From NCBI GenBank assembly GCA_965208675.1, contig OZ242351.1, positions 4,256,001 through 4,320,000 of the forward strand: 64,000 nt of DNA, read 5' to 3'. Shown one piece after another: positions 20,332 through 30,232 of this stretch (position 1 is its first letter; the number at the start of each line of letters is the position of its first letter). The DNA comes from Candidatus Poribacteria bacterium. GTDB taxonomy: Bacteria; Poribacteria; WGA-4E; PCPOR2b. A program made the position numbers and the translations under genes. Below the pieces are notes generated by a model, which worked only from the letters and a program-made list of their open reading frames with translations, was not told where the DNA came from and did no database searches.

Positions 20332-23019
20332 CTATCCGCTGCGTCGTTTCCATATCGACACACTTTCAATCTTTACATCTGTTTCATATTTCGATCGAAT
20401 ATACGCGGTGACGAGCGGCACCCTATCTACAGTTTGGATTCCATCCGGAGCGTTACCCCATCCACTTCCCGTGGTGAAGATCACATACTTCGGCCTAGCC
20501 CGTTCAAGATCTGCAATCACCTCCTTCTGCAGCGGTTCAGGCGAAGCATAGACAACTAATGGGTACCGCGTTGGATTAGGCCTATCCGCAAGGAAGTAAT
20601 ATGCGGCCTGGTTTGATAGGTCAAAAATCGGTTCGGATGGTGCGGTGTTTTCCTGTATGTATGCGACAACCTTCTCAATCTCCTTTGCTTGGGCGCGAGG
20701 GGTAAGAATTCTCCCCGCACGTTCGATGTTAGGTTGAACGTACGCTTCATACGGCGGCGAGATAGATCCGAATCTCGGCAGACGTATCAATGTCCGTTCG
20801 GCGATTGCGAGCGGCTTGTACACATCGGCTTTAATATAGGAAAGCACTCCGGCAAGGATAACCAACAAAAATGCAAACCGGTGAGCACCTGTTCGGGAAC
20901 GATGCATACTGGGCGCAGCGATTTCTTTGGTATCGTCTTCTTGCGGTTCTAACCGGTGGGGTTTTGTTGTGTGCAAGAACCGCTCAATAAAATAGAAACA
21001 GATGAGCCACAAATATGCCAAACTGAACGTGATATGGTGCCAGTCCGAACGGCCCAAGGCAGTACGGAAACAGATAATGCCAGCCAACAGAATCAGCAGC
21101 AGCTTCCACTCCTTAATTTGTCCTCGGTTGGCTATGGCATGAAACAGAAGGTAGGTTAAGGTCATCAAGTAAATAAGAATTGGGAAATACCACATGAACG
21201 GGCGGCTCAAAATGAACTCCGAAAATGTAACGAGGGACGTCACTTTTGAAAGTTCGGGGGATATGGGAATGAATGGCGTTCCAAAAATTGGGATGTGATA
21301 GACAGTTTGTATCCATGACCCTTCAATTACGTCGTCAATTGCGCCGTGCGCGCCAAAATAGATGAGGAACGGGAGAAAACCGATTAACACGCCAAACTTG
21401 TACCTGAGCAGCGGAGACAGGTAAAATAACCGTCCCATTTTCAGGATTTTGTTTGAGGAAACGGTTTCAGGCAGCTCGCGCCGGACGGCAATAAAGCCGT
21501 AAAGAAACAGAAATAGGCTGGACGCCGCCCATGTGTATAAACCGATGTCCAGGCTGTTGAACACCGCCAGCGATGTACAGATTCCCGCCGCAATGAGAAA
21601 TGGTCTTCCAGACTTGACGCCTTTATTCAACCAACAACACAGCAGCGCCATTGCGAGAAAACCGAAGATTTGCCTGTCTGACGCTGGTAGGTAGGCACGC
21701 GTAACACCTGCGAACACTTCCGTCGCAATCGCAATAAAAATGAAAACCAAAGTGAAAAAATGGGCAGCGATTCGCCGCCGGAAAAATTGTAGTGCGAGCA
21801 GATAAAAAGCTACGTATCCCAGAGGATATACTAGGTGGTAAATTCTTCTATCAGCTTCAATCGTCTCCCCAAAAAGTTTCATCCCAAGCAACGATTTGTA
21901 AGCATTGTGAAAAAGCCCATGCAATATGCGTATGTCTCGATACGCAATTTCACCTCGAATCAGTTCGTTGACAACCCCTACGCGCTCTCCTTCGTGGAAC
22001 AGGTCAATGCCGCCCGTATGCCATGCATGATTGAGACGGACATTGCTATCATACATAAAGACATAGATGAGGCCTGAAATCATGATAACAGTCAACACGG
22101 AGACTGCAGCGTGCGGGTTAAAGGTGCTGGAAGAGGAGCGAAGTTGAAAAAATACGAGAATTTTCAAAATGACAATCGTGACAACGACAATTGTCGCCAA
22201 GATGGTTGCCGCGTTCTCGACTTCAAAGAGCACAGCGAGCAATAGAAGCAGGAAGGTCGGAAAGAAAGTCAGCGCATCCCGCCTGAGCACATCAGCGAAG
22301 CGGTAACCTGCCAATCCACTTAACAATGCGGAATAACCTATCCAGAGAATCCATGTGCCTATGACTGAAAACAGCAATAGATCCCAACATTGGAGCGGTG
22401 TAAGATCTTTTGGACTGCCGCGAATGAGTAGAAACACCGCCAAACACGCACCGCTTGCGATTGGAATACCGTGAAACCTCAAATTTCCTCTCGCCCAGAT
22501 CGCGAATCCGGCGCCATTTTCGGCAGGTTTTCTTTTGATGACTATCAGATTAAAAGCCAGAAGCACGCCTTGGGCAAATAGGCAAAGGAGGAAAGGTATT
22601 CCCACGGTTCCCAGATGTGTTTCGGGCAAATACCCTTTTTCCAGCGTTAGCAGCAAGAGAAGAAATGGGAAAGCGTGTTGTCTCAGAATTAGTTCTTGAG
22701 GCTGTTTCGTCCAGACCGAACAGAACGTAGAAACCAGAATCCAAAAGCCGCATGCTGATATCGTAAATAACGGTACGAAAACCGCCGCCGCGACGTAGTT
22801 CACAATCTCCTGACGCTTTGGATAATTGTGTACTGAAACCCAGCCGACAACCTCTGTCAATTCATCGACTCTCTTTTCCCCCAAAAAGTGCAGATGTTCT
22901 TTGAAGGCAAAACTGAGCGCCAAAGCGAAGATGAAACTGCACACGGCAACTATCGCCGTATACGGTTGGTTGCTCGGGTGCCGCGCACAGTGGAAGGTTT
23001 TACGGATGGCATCTCGCAT
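20332..23019 (-). CDS. Large polytopic membrane protein, possible GT-C-fold glycosyltransferase
   Basis: Many TM helices; DLFHEGE...YRDI..HG motif and C-terminal 'YYFLADRPNPTRY...PKYVI' domain seen in ArnT/PMT-like proteins. Confidence 0.5.
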   Translation of the reverse strand: MRDAIRKTFHCARHPSNQPYTAIVAVCSFIFALALSFAFKEHLHFLGEKRVDELTEVVGWVSVHNYPKRQEIVNYVAAAVFVPLFTISACGFWILVSTFCSVWTKQPQELILRQHAFPFLLLLLTLEKGYLPETHLGTVGIPFLLCLFAQGVLLAFNLIVIKRKPAENGAGFAIWARGNLRFHGIPIASGACLAVFLLIRGSPKDLTPLQCWDLLLFSVIGTWILWIGYSALLSGLAGYRFADVLRRDALTFFPTFLLLLLAVLFEVENAATILATIVVVTIVILKILVFFQLRSSSSTFNPHAAVSVLTVIMISGLIYVFMYDSNVRLNHAWHTGGIDLFHEGERVGVVNELIRGEIAYRDIRILHGLFHNAYKSLLGMKLFGETIEADRRIYHLVYPLGYVAFYLLALQFFRRRIAAHFFTLVFIFIAIATEVFAGVTRAYLPASDRQIFGFLAMALLCCWLNKGVKSGRPFLIAAGICTSLAVFNSLDIGLYTWAASSLFLFLYGFIAVRRELPETVSSNKILKMGRLFYLSPLLRYKFGVLIGFLPFLIYFGAHGAIDDVIEGSWIQTVYHIPIFGTPFIPISPELSKVTSLVTFSEFILSRPFMWYFPILIYLMTLTYLLFHAIANRGQIKEWKLLLILLAGIICFRTALGRSDWHHITFSLAYLWLICFYFIERFLHTTKPHRLEPQEDDTKEIAAPSMHRSRTGAHRFAFLLVILAGVLSYIKADVYKPLAIAERTLIRLPRFGSISPPYEAYVQPNIERAGRILTPRAQAKEIEKVVAYIQENTAPSEPIFDLSNQAAYYFLADRPNPTRYPLVVYASPEPLQKEVIADLERARPKYVIFTTGSGWGNAPDGIQTVDRVPLVTAYIRSKYETDVKIESVSIWKRRSG

Positions 23020-23167
23020 ATTAAGACTTTAGTTCATAGTGAATCACTGCGTTTTTTTTAATTACAGTTGCCTAGTTTTTCATTGGCGAGTTTTGCGCCG
23101 GACATCTTGGGCACACACGATTTGTGGGTGCGCGTCAATGAATAGAATGTGAGTTTTAACAACCTGC

Positions 23168-23950
23168 TCATTTCTCTTTCGCTTTGGCTTCGTCCCAAAT
23201 TTTGTCCAGCCCCGCCAAGTCGTAATCCACAAAAGATTTACCCCGCCTGTCAAGTTCGGCCTCGACGTGATGAAAGCGATTGACAAACTTGCGGTTAGAT
23301 TTCCGCAGCGCCTCTTCCGCCTCAACTCCAACGAAGCGGCACAGATTGACGATTGAAAACAGCAAATCTCCAATCTCCATTTCGACTGCTTCTTTATCCT
23401 CCGATGAAATACTCGCATTAACTTCTTGAATTTCTTCCTCCAGCTTTGGCAACACATCTGTAACCTGCTCCCAATCGAAACCGACGCGGGCGGCTTTTCG
23501 CTGAATGGTTTGCGCTCGCATTAGGCTTGGAAGGCGGTCAGGAATTCCGTCGAGAACGGAGTGGCGGTCTTCGTATCCTGCTTCGCTTCGTTTAATCTCC
23601 TCCCAGTTTTTTAGAACTTCATCCGTATTCCTGACAGTGGTGCCGCCAAAAACATGCGGATGCCGGCGGACCAGCTTATCCGTAATTGATTGGATAACCT
23701 CGTTGATGCTGAAAGCCCCGCTGTCCTTGGCTATTTGGGCATGCAGCATCACCTGCATGAGGAGGTCCCCGAGTTCTTCTGACAATTTGCATGAATCTTC
23801 GGCATCAATCGCTTCGATCACTTCATAAGTTTCCTCGATTAGGTCCGGTTTTAATGTTTCGTGAGTCTGGGCTTTGTCCCACGGACAACCGTTCTCGCTC
23901 CGCAACGCGGCAACCACCTGTACGAGCTTGTCAAACAGTTCTTTGTGCAT
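23168..23950 (-). CDS. mazG: Nucleoside triphosphate pyrophosphohydrolase MazG
   Basis: LRSENGCPWD..QTH, EETYE, EELGDLL, RRHPHVF, EIGDLLF (two MazG domains). RBS AGGAG supports the start at 23950. Confidence 0.95.
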   Translation of the reverse strand: MHKELFDKLVQVVAALRSENGCPWDKAQTHETLKPDLIEETYEVIEAIDAEDSCKLSEELGDLLMQVMLHAQIAKDSGAFSINEVIQSITDKLVRRHPHVFGGTTVRNTDEVLKNWEEIKRSEAGYEDRHSVLDGIPDRLPSLMRAQTIQRKAARVGFDWEQVTDVLPKLEEEIQEVNASISSEDKEAVEMEIGDLLFSIVNLCRFVGVEAEEALRKSNRKFVNRFHHVEAELDRRGKSFVDYDLAGLDKIWDEAKAKEK

Positions 23951-24513
23951 TATGTGTAGGAACTCTCCTGAATTAGGTGTAACCTTGATACCTAACTGCC
24001 GTACATTATTGAACGAAACATACATCCAATGCAACCTGCGGCAATTAGGTTCGATTCCAACTAGATTATCATTATATCCTTTGACGGATGTTTGTCAAGA
24101 TGGAAGTCAGACTAATCCATTCTCGCGGGATTCGGAGCATAACCGTACATTTTGAAAATGATTGACACACCAAATTAGGCGTGCTAGACTCTTGAAGGTA
24201 CTTGAACAGATTTGGTTAAGCGCCAACTCGATGAAGCCGCGTTCTTCGAGTCTGATTTGAGTAGGGAAGACATCACCAATATCTAGGAAAATGGTCTTAA
24301 ATAAGCCGCTTATTGAACAGTTCTTCGTTACGCTGGATTCAAAACATGGGGTGTACAGAAAAATGGTTGACGCACAAAAATAGAACATGGTAAAATATCA
24401 TAGCGCAACAGTGTTTGGGTAGTTTCCAAACAACCCGCCAATTTTTATTGATGGCCTTTTCAAAAACGGGACATGTATTTATTGTCCCCTAACATTAACA
24501 GGAGGTAATAAAA

Positions 24514-25308
24514 ATGAAAGTTTCAATAACGTTTTTATCTGTGATGTTCGGTCTCGTTGTGTTCGGATTGATGTTCACTGTGGATAGCGATGCCAAGATT
24601 GAATCCTCCGGTGCATGGCTTTTGGACGAAGAAAGCGGAGGTAAGATTGAAGACGCTTCCGGTAACGGCATTGACGGAGAAATTGAGGGCGACGCCAAGT
24701 TCCCTAAGGGTCAGTTCGGCAACGCGATGGAATTTAACGGCGAAAACACGCTCGTTCTCTTCGAAAATGAAGATCCGAACCACGCATTTGCCCTTCATCG
24801 TGAAAAGGATGTTACATTCATGTTTTGGGTGCAGCCTTTTGATGTCACCCATGACGGCATTTTCTGGACACGAGGCAATCCCAAGGGTGATGATGCAGAT
24901 AGATTTAACATCTATTCTGGTCCCGGTGAAACCTTCGGTTTCGATTACCGGGAAGCCGGCGGGAATATCCATGGCCTCATCCAAGGCATCGAGCTTCCCA
25001 ACAAAAAATGGACCCACCTTGCCGTAACGAGAGAAGGTAATACTTACAATCTTTTCCACAACGGCAAACAGGTCTCGCAGGCGAAAGATCCCAGTCCAAA
25101 ACTGCCTGAGACTGCAAGCTGGATGATGTCTGGAAGACCCGGTTTCATTTTTAACGGAATGTTGGATGAAGTTGCGTTTTTCGACGCCGTCCTGAGTAAA
25201 AACGACATTACCAACATCATGGATAATGGACTCGAAATAGCCGCACTTTCCGTCGAGCCTTCAGCCAAGCTCGCCACAGCGTGGGCGCGGATAAAAACCA
25301 GCCAATAA
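24514..25308 (+). CDS. Secreted LamG-like jellyroll protein (array gene 1)
   Basis: Signal peptide, AWLLDE..G, WTHLAVT, FNGMLDEV, C-terminus VEPSAKLATAWARIK. Confidence 0.85.
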   Translation: MKVSITFLSVMFGLVVFGLMFTVDSDAKIESSGAWLLDEESGGKIEDASGNGIDGEIEGDAKFPKGQFGNAMEFNGENTLVLFENEDPNHAFALHREKDVTFMFWVQPFDVTHDGIFWTRGNPKGDDADRFNIYSGPGETFGFDYREAGGNIHGLIQGIELPNKKWTHLAVTREGNTYNLFHNGKQVSQAKDPSPKLPETASWMMSGRPGFIFNGMLDEVAFFDAVLSKNDITNIMDNGLEIAALSVEPSAKLATAWARIKTSQ

Positions 25309-25385
25309 TTTCGATTTTGAGGTTTTGGGTAAAATTTGTTTCGCGCAAATTTCCCAAACCGAAATTTTAAGCAGTTGAAACCACA

Positions 25386-25423
25386 AGCGTGCTTCTAGTT
25401 ATTGAATTGCTAGAAGCACGCTT
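25386..25423. terminator. Intergenic hairpin (terminator or transcript stabiliser)
   Basis: AAGCGTGCTTCTAG...CTAGAAGCACGCTT 14-bp stem. Confidence 0.55.
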
Positions 25424-25509
25424 CAAACTCTCGCCTTGGGCTTTTCTTGTACGGCAGGTTTTTTACACACCTTAATGATATCCTCGGTTAGCCACGAAGG
25501 GTTTATCTA

Positions 25510-26286
25510 ATGGCTATGAGTAAGCGTGTTTTATTGGGAGTAAGCGTTCTCGCTCTCGGATTAATCGTTGGATCGCAGTGCGCCGCGAGGATTGATCCGA
25601 ACACTATAGTAGGGATTTGGCTGCTTGATGAAGGTGAGGCGGATGATGCGTCCGAAAATGAACGGCACGGCAGACTTACCGGCAAACCCAAAGTGGTCGA
25701 AGGGAAGTTTGGGACGGCGCTGGATTTTTCCGGGGAAGGCGAATCCGTCAAGATTGCAGACTTAGCCGAAATCCTGCCCACGAAAGTAGTGACAATTACA
25801 CTTTGGGTCAAAATTGGAGACCACGGTAAAAATCCGGATGTATTCAGCCTGAACCCGTGGGAGCCGGGCCGTATCGCGGTTGCCATTTGGGACAAGCAAA
25901 TATTCTGGCATTTTGGCGTTGGGGGGAAATGGATAGTTATCCGCTTCATTGACGAGGAATGGGTCGGCCAATGGAAGCATTGGACATTCATCAATAACGC
26001 TGAAGATAACTTCATGGCGGGATACATTGACGGTGAAAAAGCAGCGAGGATTGGGGGCATATCCGGCGTGTACGAACAACGCGGCGGCGACTTTCACATC
26101 GGCGGACGGCCAGAAGCCTCCTTTTCGGGCGCGATTGACGATTTCGGGATTTTTAATACGACTTTGTCCGAGGATGACATAAAAATGATAGTTGACAGGG
26201 GACTTGAGCGCGCAGCTCTATTTCAGGGTGTGAACAGCGCGGCTAAATTGGCTGCGATTTGGGGGGGACTTAAGGCGTCACAATAG
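25510..26286 (+). CDS. Secreted LamG-like jellyroll protein (array gene 2)
   Basis: IWLLDEG, GKFGTALDF, FSGAIDD, C-terminus VNSAAKLAAIWGGLK. Confidence 0.85.
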   Translation: MAMSKRVLLGVSVLALGLIVGSQCAARIDPNTIVGIWLLDEGEADDASENERHGRLTGKPKVVEGKFGTALDFSGEGESVKIADLAEILPTKVVTITLWVKIGDHGKNPDVFSLNPWEPGRIAVAIWDKQIFWHFGVGGKWIVIRFIDEEWVGQWKHWTFINNAEDNFMAGYIDGEKAARIGGISGVYEQRGGDFHIGGRPEASFSGAIDDFGIFNTTLSEDDIKMIVDRGLERAALFQGVNSAAKLAAIWGGLKASQ

Positions 26287-26305
26287 CACGCTAGGAAGGA
26301 TATCT

Positions 26306-27115
26306 ATGAGTGTGAAAGGAAAATTGCTGGCGGCATTTACAATTGCACTGTTAATAAATGCTTGTGTGTGGGTGTTTTCACCTGTTGCGGAAGCGATTAT
26401 CAAACTCGAATCGCTTGTGGTTGCGTTGCCGTTTGATGAGGGAAACGGTAACACAGCGGAGGATCTCTCGCCGCACGGGAATGATGGTCAACTCGTGGAG
26501 GGCGCCAAATGGGGAGACGGAAAGTTTGGGAAATGCCTCCGCGTAAAGGAGCCCGCCCGCGCCGAAGTTGAGAATAACGAAAGTTTCTGGTTACACGAAA
26601 AGGATTTCACCCTAGCCATTACGATTAATTTTTCGAAGGAACCCGGTACCACCGGTTTAATTGCGCACGATAACGGACTTGGCGCAGAGGCTTTTAAGGC
26701 TGTATGGGAATTATTGGGCGGAGTGTTTACGTTCCACATAAATAACGGTGGGAACAACGTCGCTTGGATTCGATCGGATTTTCTGGGTACACCCGAAATC
26801 AATCGATGGTATAGCGTGGTATTAGTTAAGAAAGGGATTACGTACACGCATTATCTTGACGGTGAAGTGTTCGGTGTGGTGGAGGAAAAGGAACCGATTC
26901 CCCGCGAAATCGATAATCCGCTGACGATTGGCATGGCGGAACACACTTTCTATTTCCCCGGCCTTATTGACGAAGTCGTTGTCGGGCACACGCCGTGGGT
27001 GCAGCAAGATGTGCAACGGTATTTTGAAAGAGGTATCCAAGGTGTGTTGGCGGTTGAGCCCAGTGATAAGCTGGCAAGCACATGGGGCGGCCTCAAATCG
27101 AACCGCAACTATTAG
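26306..27115 (+). CDS. Secreted LamG-like jellyroll protein (array gene 3)
   Basis: PFDEGNG, GKFG, FPGLIDEV, C-terminus VEPSDKLASTWGGLK. Confidence 0.85.
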   Translation: MSVKGKLLAAFTIALLINACVWVFSPVAEAIIKLESLVVALPFDEGNGNTAEDLSPHGNDGQLVEGAKWGDGKFGKCLRVKEPARAEVENNESFWLHEKDFTLAITINFSKEPGTTGLIAHDNGLGAEAFKAVWELLGGVFTFHINNGGNNVAWIRSDFLGTPEINRWYSVVLVKKGITYTHYLDGEVFGVVEEKEPIPREIDNPLTIGMAEHTFYFPGLIDEVVVGHTPWVQQDVQRYFERGIQGVLAVEPSDKLASTWGGLKSNRNY

Positions 27116-27353
27116 GGCGTGTTGACATAGCGAACCGCACAATTCTAATAGAGAACTGAAAGGGGGTGTTGCGGGGACGCGATCCATATACCCTAGGGTA
27201 ATGTGAAAACGACCTAGGGGATGTTCAAAGCGAAATGTGTCGCTGGATATAAATTTCCGGATTTTACGCCGGATTGCTGATGTTTTTAAATACAGGGGGG
27301 CGGTGCGTTGCACAGCTCCTCATTCAAAAATTTAAATGGAGGGACTCACTTTT

Positions 27354-28151
27354 ATGATTACTAGAATTGCAACATTAGGTTTAGCCTTTTTTATGGCATT
27401 TGGGCTGATGATTGTTGGTCAGAGCGATGCCGGGCTTGTTGGCGCATGGCTGTTCGATGAAGGTTCGGGCGATGTAGCCGGAGACGCTAGCGGCTACGGT
27501 AATGACGGTATGTTAATGAATGGCGCCGGTTGGACGGCTGGTGTAAGAGGGTCTGCAGTTTCATTTGTGGGCGGCGGCGATCCGCAATTCATCCTATTTA
27601 ACGCGGACGAAGATCCGGCAAAAGCCTTCATTCTGCATAGTGATTCAGATGTAAGCATGGTACTGTGGGTTCGTCCTACCGAAGGCGGGCACGGCTCATG
27701 GATGTGGTCTAGAGGCGATGACGCGGATGCCGGTCGATTTAATGTCCACAACGGACCTGGCGACATTTTCAACTTCGACTACAGGGAAGACGCGGACAAG
27801 AGCCCAGATCCGCCGCACGGCGGGGCAGCCGGGATCCCGACTCCAATAGGAGAGTGGACTCATGTTGCAATAACGCGAGTCGGAAATGAATACACGTTCT
27901 GGGGTAACGGCAATATGGTGGAAACCTGGGTGGATGAGAATCCGGTACTTCCAAGCGCCAACGGTTGGATAGTCGGGTCGCCGCGCGGATGCTGTCCGCT
28001 TAAAGCCGACATTGATGAACTTGGGTTCTTTAACATTGCGTTGTCCGGTGATCAGATTAGCGCCGTCATGGGCGGTGTTGAGGCACTTGGCGCGGTTGAA
28101 TCGTCAGGCAAACTCGCCACGACGTGGGCAGACATTAAGGATTTCGACTAA
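27354..28151 (+). CDS. Secreted LamG-like jellyroll protein (array gene 4)
   Basis: AWLFDEGSG, WTHVAIT, C-terminus VESSGKLATTWADIK; start MITR after RBS GGAGG. Confidence 0.85.
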   Translation: MITRIATLGLAFFMAFGLMIVGQSDAGLVGAWLFDEGSGDVAGDASGYGNDGMLMNGAGWTAGVRGSAVSFVGGGDPQFILFNADEDPAKAFILHSDSDVSMVLWVRPTEGGHGSWMWSRGDDADAGRFNVHNGPGDIFNFDYREDADKSPDPPHGGAAGIPTPIGEWTHVAITRVGNEYTFWGNGNMVETWVDENPVLPSANGWIVGSPRGCCPLKADIDELGFFNIALSGDQISAVMGGVEALGAVESSGKLATTWADIKDFD

Positions 28152-28515
28152 TTCCCGCGTCTAGTCCAATAATTTCCATTCCATTACCGGCTGGAAGTTC
28201 AATGTTTTGTCACGATGGTGTTTCGGAAACCTGACAGCTTAGCGGAAGTTAAGGTTTAAATTTGGAGATTTTCCGAGGTTTAAAGTCGTATGATTCAAGT
28301 TTTTCCGTAGCGTCTCGTTTGCGGAACATCATTGATTGAGCCTTAGGCAAAAATATCAATGACCTAGGGCGGTGTCATAGCGGATGCATTTCGCTGAAAT
28401 TTTGTGTCTGTTAACTATCAAAATAATAACGGGACGTGCGTTGCACAGTTGTAGCAATGTATTTGGATAGTGTGCAATTGCGTCCCAAATTTGTTTTATG
28501 GAGGAAATCAGTTTA

Positions 28516-29304
28516 ATGATTACCAGAATCGCAACATTAGGTTTAGCGTTTTTTATGGCGTTTGGGCTGATGATTGTTGGTCAGAGCGATGCCGGGCTTG
28601 TTGGCGCATGGCTGTTCGATGAAGGCTCGGGCGACGTTGCTAAAGGAATAGTTGGTAGTGATGGCATGTTAATGAATGGCGCCGGTTGGACCGATGGCGT
28701 AAGAGGGTCTGCAATCTCATTTCATGATCCAGATTCCCAACATGCTCTATTCAACGCCGACGAGGATCCGGCAGGCGCATTTATTCTGCACGGCGATTCA
28801 GATGCAACGCTTGTATTGTGGGTACGCTCTGTTGAACCTCTTAGACACGGCTCGTGGGTGTGGACACGAGGCGATGACGCGGACGCCGGTCGATTTAATA
28901 TTCACAACGGTGACGGTACCGTATTCAGCTTCGACTATAGAGAAGACGATGGTACGCACCACCCTACGGACTGGGGCGTATTTAATGTGACCCTTACCAT
29001 AGGCGAGTGGACTCACGTCGCATTGACACGAGTTGGAAATGAATACACGCTCTACGGAAACGGCGAACAAACGGCGACGTGGGTAGACGAAAATCCAATG
29101 CTTCCAACCGCCAACGGTTGGATACTCGGGTCACCGCGGGGGTGCTGTCCTCTGAACGGTGATGTTGACGAACTTGGATTCTTCGATATCGCGTTGACCC
29201 AAGATCAGATTAACATGGTAATGGGCGGCGTAGAAGCGCTTGGTGCGGTTGAATCGTCGGGCAAACTCGCCACGACATGGGCAAACATTAAAGGCCGCGA
29301 CTAA
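28516..29304 (+). CDS. Secreted LamG-like jellyroll protein (array gene 5), close paralog of gene 4
   Basis: First ~41 residues identical to gene 4; C-terminus VESSGKLATTWANIK. Confidence 0.85.
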   Translation: MITRIATLGLAFFMAFGLMIVGQSDAGLVGAWLFDEGSGDVAKGIVGSDGMLMNGAGWTDGVRGSAISFHDPDSQHALFNADEDPAGAFILHGDSDATLVLWVRSVEPLRHGSWVWTRGDDADAGRFNIHNGDGTVFSFDYREDDGTHHPTDWGVFNVTLTIGEWTHVALTRVGNEYTLYGNGEQTATWVDENPMLPTANGWILGSPRGCCPLNGDVDELGFFDIALTQDQINMVMGGVEALGAVESSGKLATTWANIKGRD

Positions 29305-29460
29305 ATCCCGCGTCATGTTCAATACATTCCATTCGACAGCCTTTTGAGGGGGCAACTGTGTTGCCGCAATAGAATGTTTCGGAAGGCTGATGACCTAATG
29401 GAATGAAACAACTTAATTACTTCTAATTCCAACTTTTATGGTTGGATGATTCATACTTAA

Positions 29461-29520
29461 ATGCGGCGTGGCGCGTTGAGTGAAAACGGATGCCATAACT
29501 CAATGCGCCACCCGTATTTT
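29461..29520 (+). terminator. Probable terminator after the LamG array
   Basis: GTGGCGCGTTGAGT...ACTCAATGCGCCAC stem followed by a T-rich tail. Confidence 0.5.
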
Positions 29521-29712
29521 CATGGATTTTCCCCCGACTCTGATTAAAATCCCTGCGCAACTCCCTGTCCTGCTTGAAAAATCGCGTACGCTCCCCTTCC
29601 GCTTTTCCACTCCATTTCTAATTCCCCAATCTGTGGTATTGAAAAATCAGATATGTTTCGCCGTGCGTAATTTTAGTCAGCGCAGACGAGAGGGTTGTAT
29701 CGGGTTAAACCG

Positions 29713-29741
29713 TTGACGCCTCAACGCTTGCATGCTATGAT
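29713..29741 (+). promoter_or_regulatory. sigma70 promoter
   Basis: TTGACG-17 nt-TATGAT with extended TGn. Confidence 0.6.
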
Positions 29742-29777
29742 AGCCTCTGCGATAGCTGCGAACCATCGGAGGAAAGA

Positions 29778-30116
29778 ATGGAATACACCCTCAATAGCTG
29801 CCAAGAACTTGTTGACAACTGGATTCAATCTGTTGGCGTGCGCTATTTTTCCGAGTTGACAAATACCGCAATTCTAATGGAAGAAGTTGGAGAGATAGCT
29901 CGGATTATGGCGCGCAAATACGGCGACCAGAGTTTTAAAGCGTCGGAAAAAGACATAGATCTGGGAGAGGAGATGGCGGACGTGCTTTTTGTGCTGATTT
30001 GCCTGGCAAATCAGACGGGAGTGAACCTCGAAGATGCGTTCAGGAAGACAATTGAGAAAAAGACCGAGCGAGATGGAAATCGGCATAAGAACAACCCGAA
30101 ACTGTTATTCGACTGA
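29778..30116 (+). CDS. Single-domain MazG-like nucleotide pyrophosphohydrolase (YpjD-like)
   Basis: GVRYFSELTNTAILMEEVGE...EEMADVLFVLICLANQTG. Confidence 0.9.
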   Translation: MEYTLNSCQELVDNWIQSVGVRYFSELTNTAILMEEVGEIARIMARKYGDQSFKASEKDIDLGEEMADVLFVLICLANQTGVNLEDAFRKTIEKKTERDGNRHKNNPKLLFD

Positions 30117-30232
30117 TATATGAGATACAGGCTGTTTCGTTGGCTCTTCGAGTCACACTGAATTAATCGGACGAAATCTAGTATAGAATAAAACCCACCG
30201 GTAATGTGGTACCTTGCGAACTCAACACCGCA

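Noticed and set aside
24107-24388. 93-aa minus-strand ORF upstream of mazG
   Set aside because: No RBS or motif, and it overlaps the likely promoter region of the LamG array.
27354-29304. Diversity-generating retroelement TR/VR pair (also considered for 2796-3263)
   Set aside because: Mismatches are not adenine-specific, both LamG copies are full genes, and there is no reverse transcriptase in the window.
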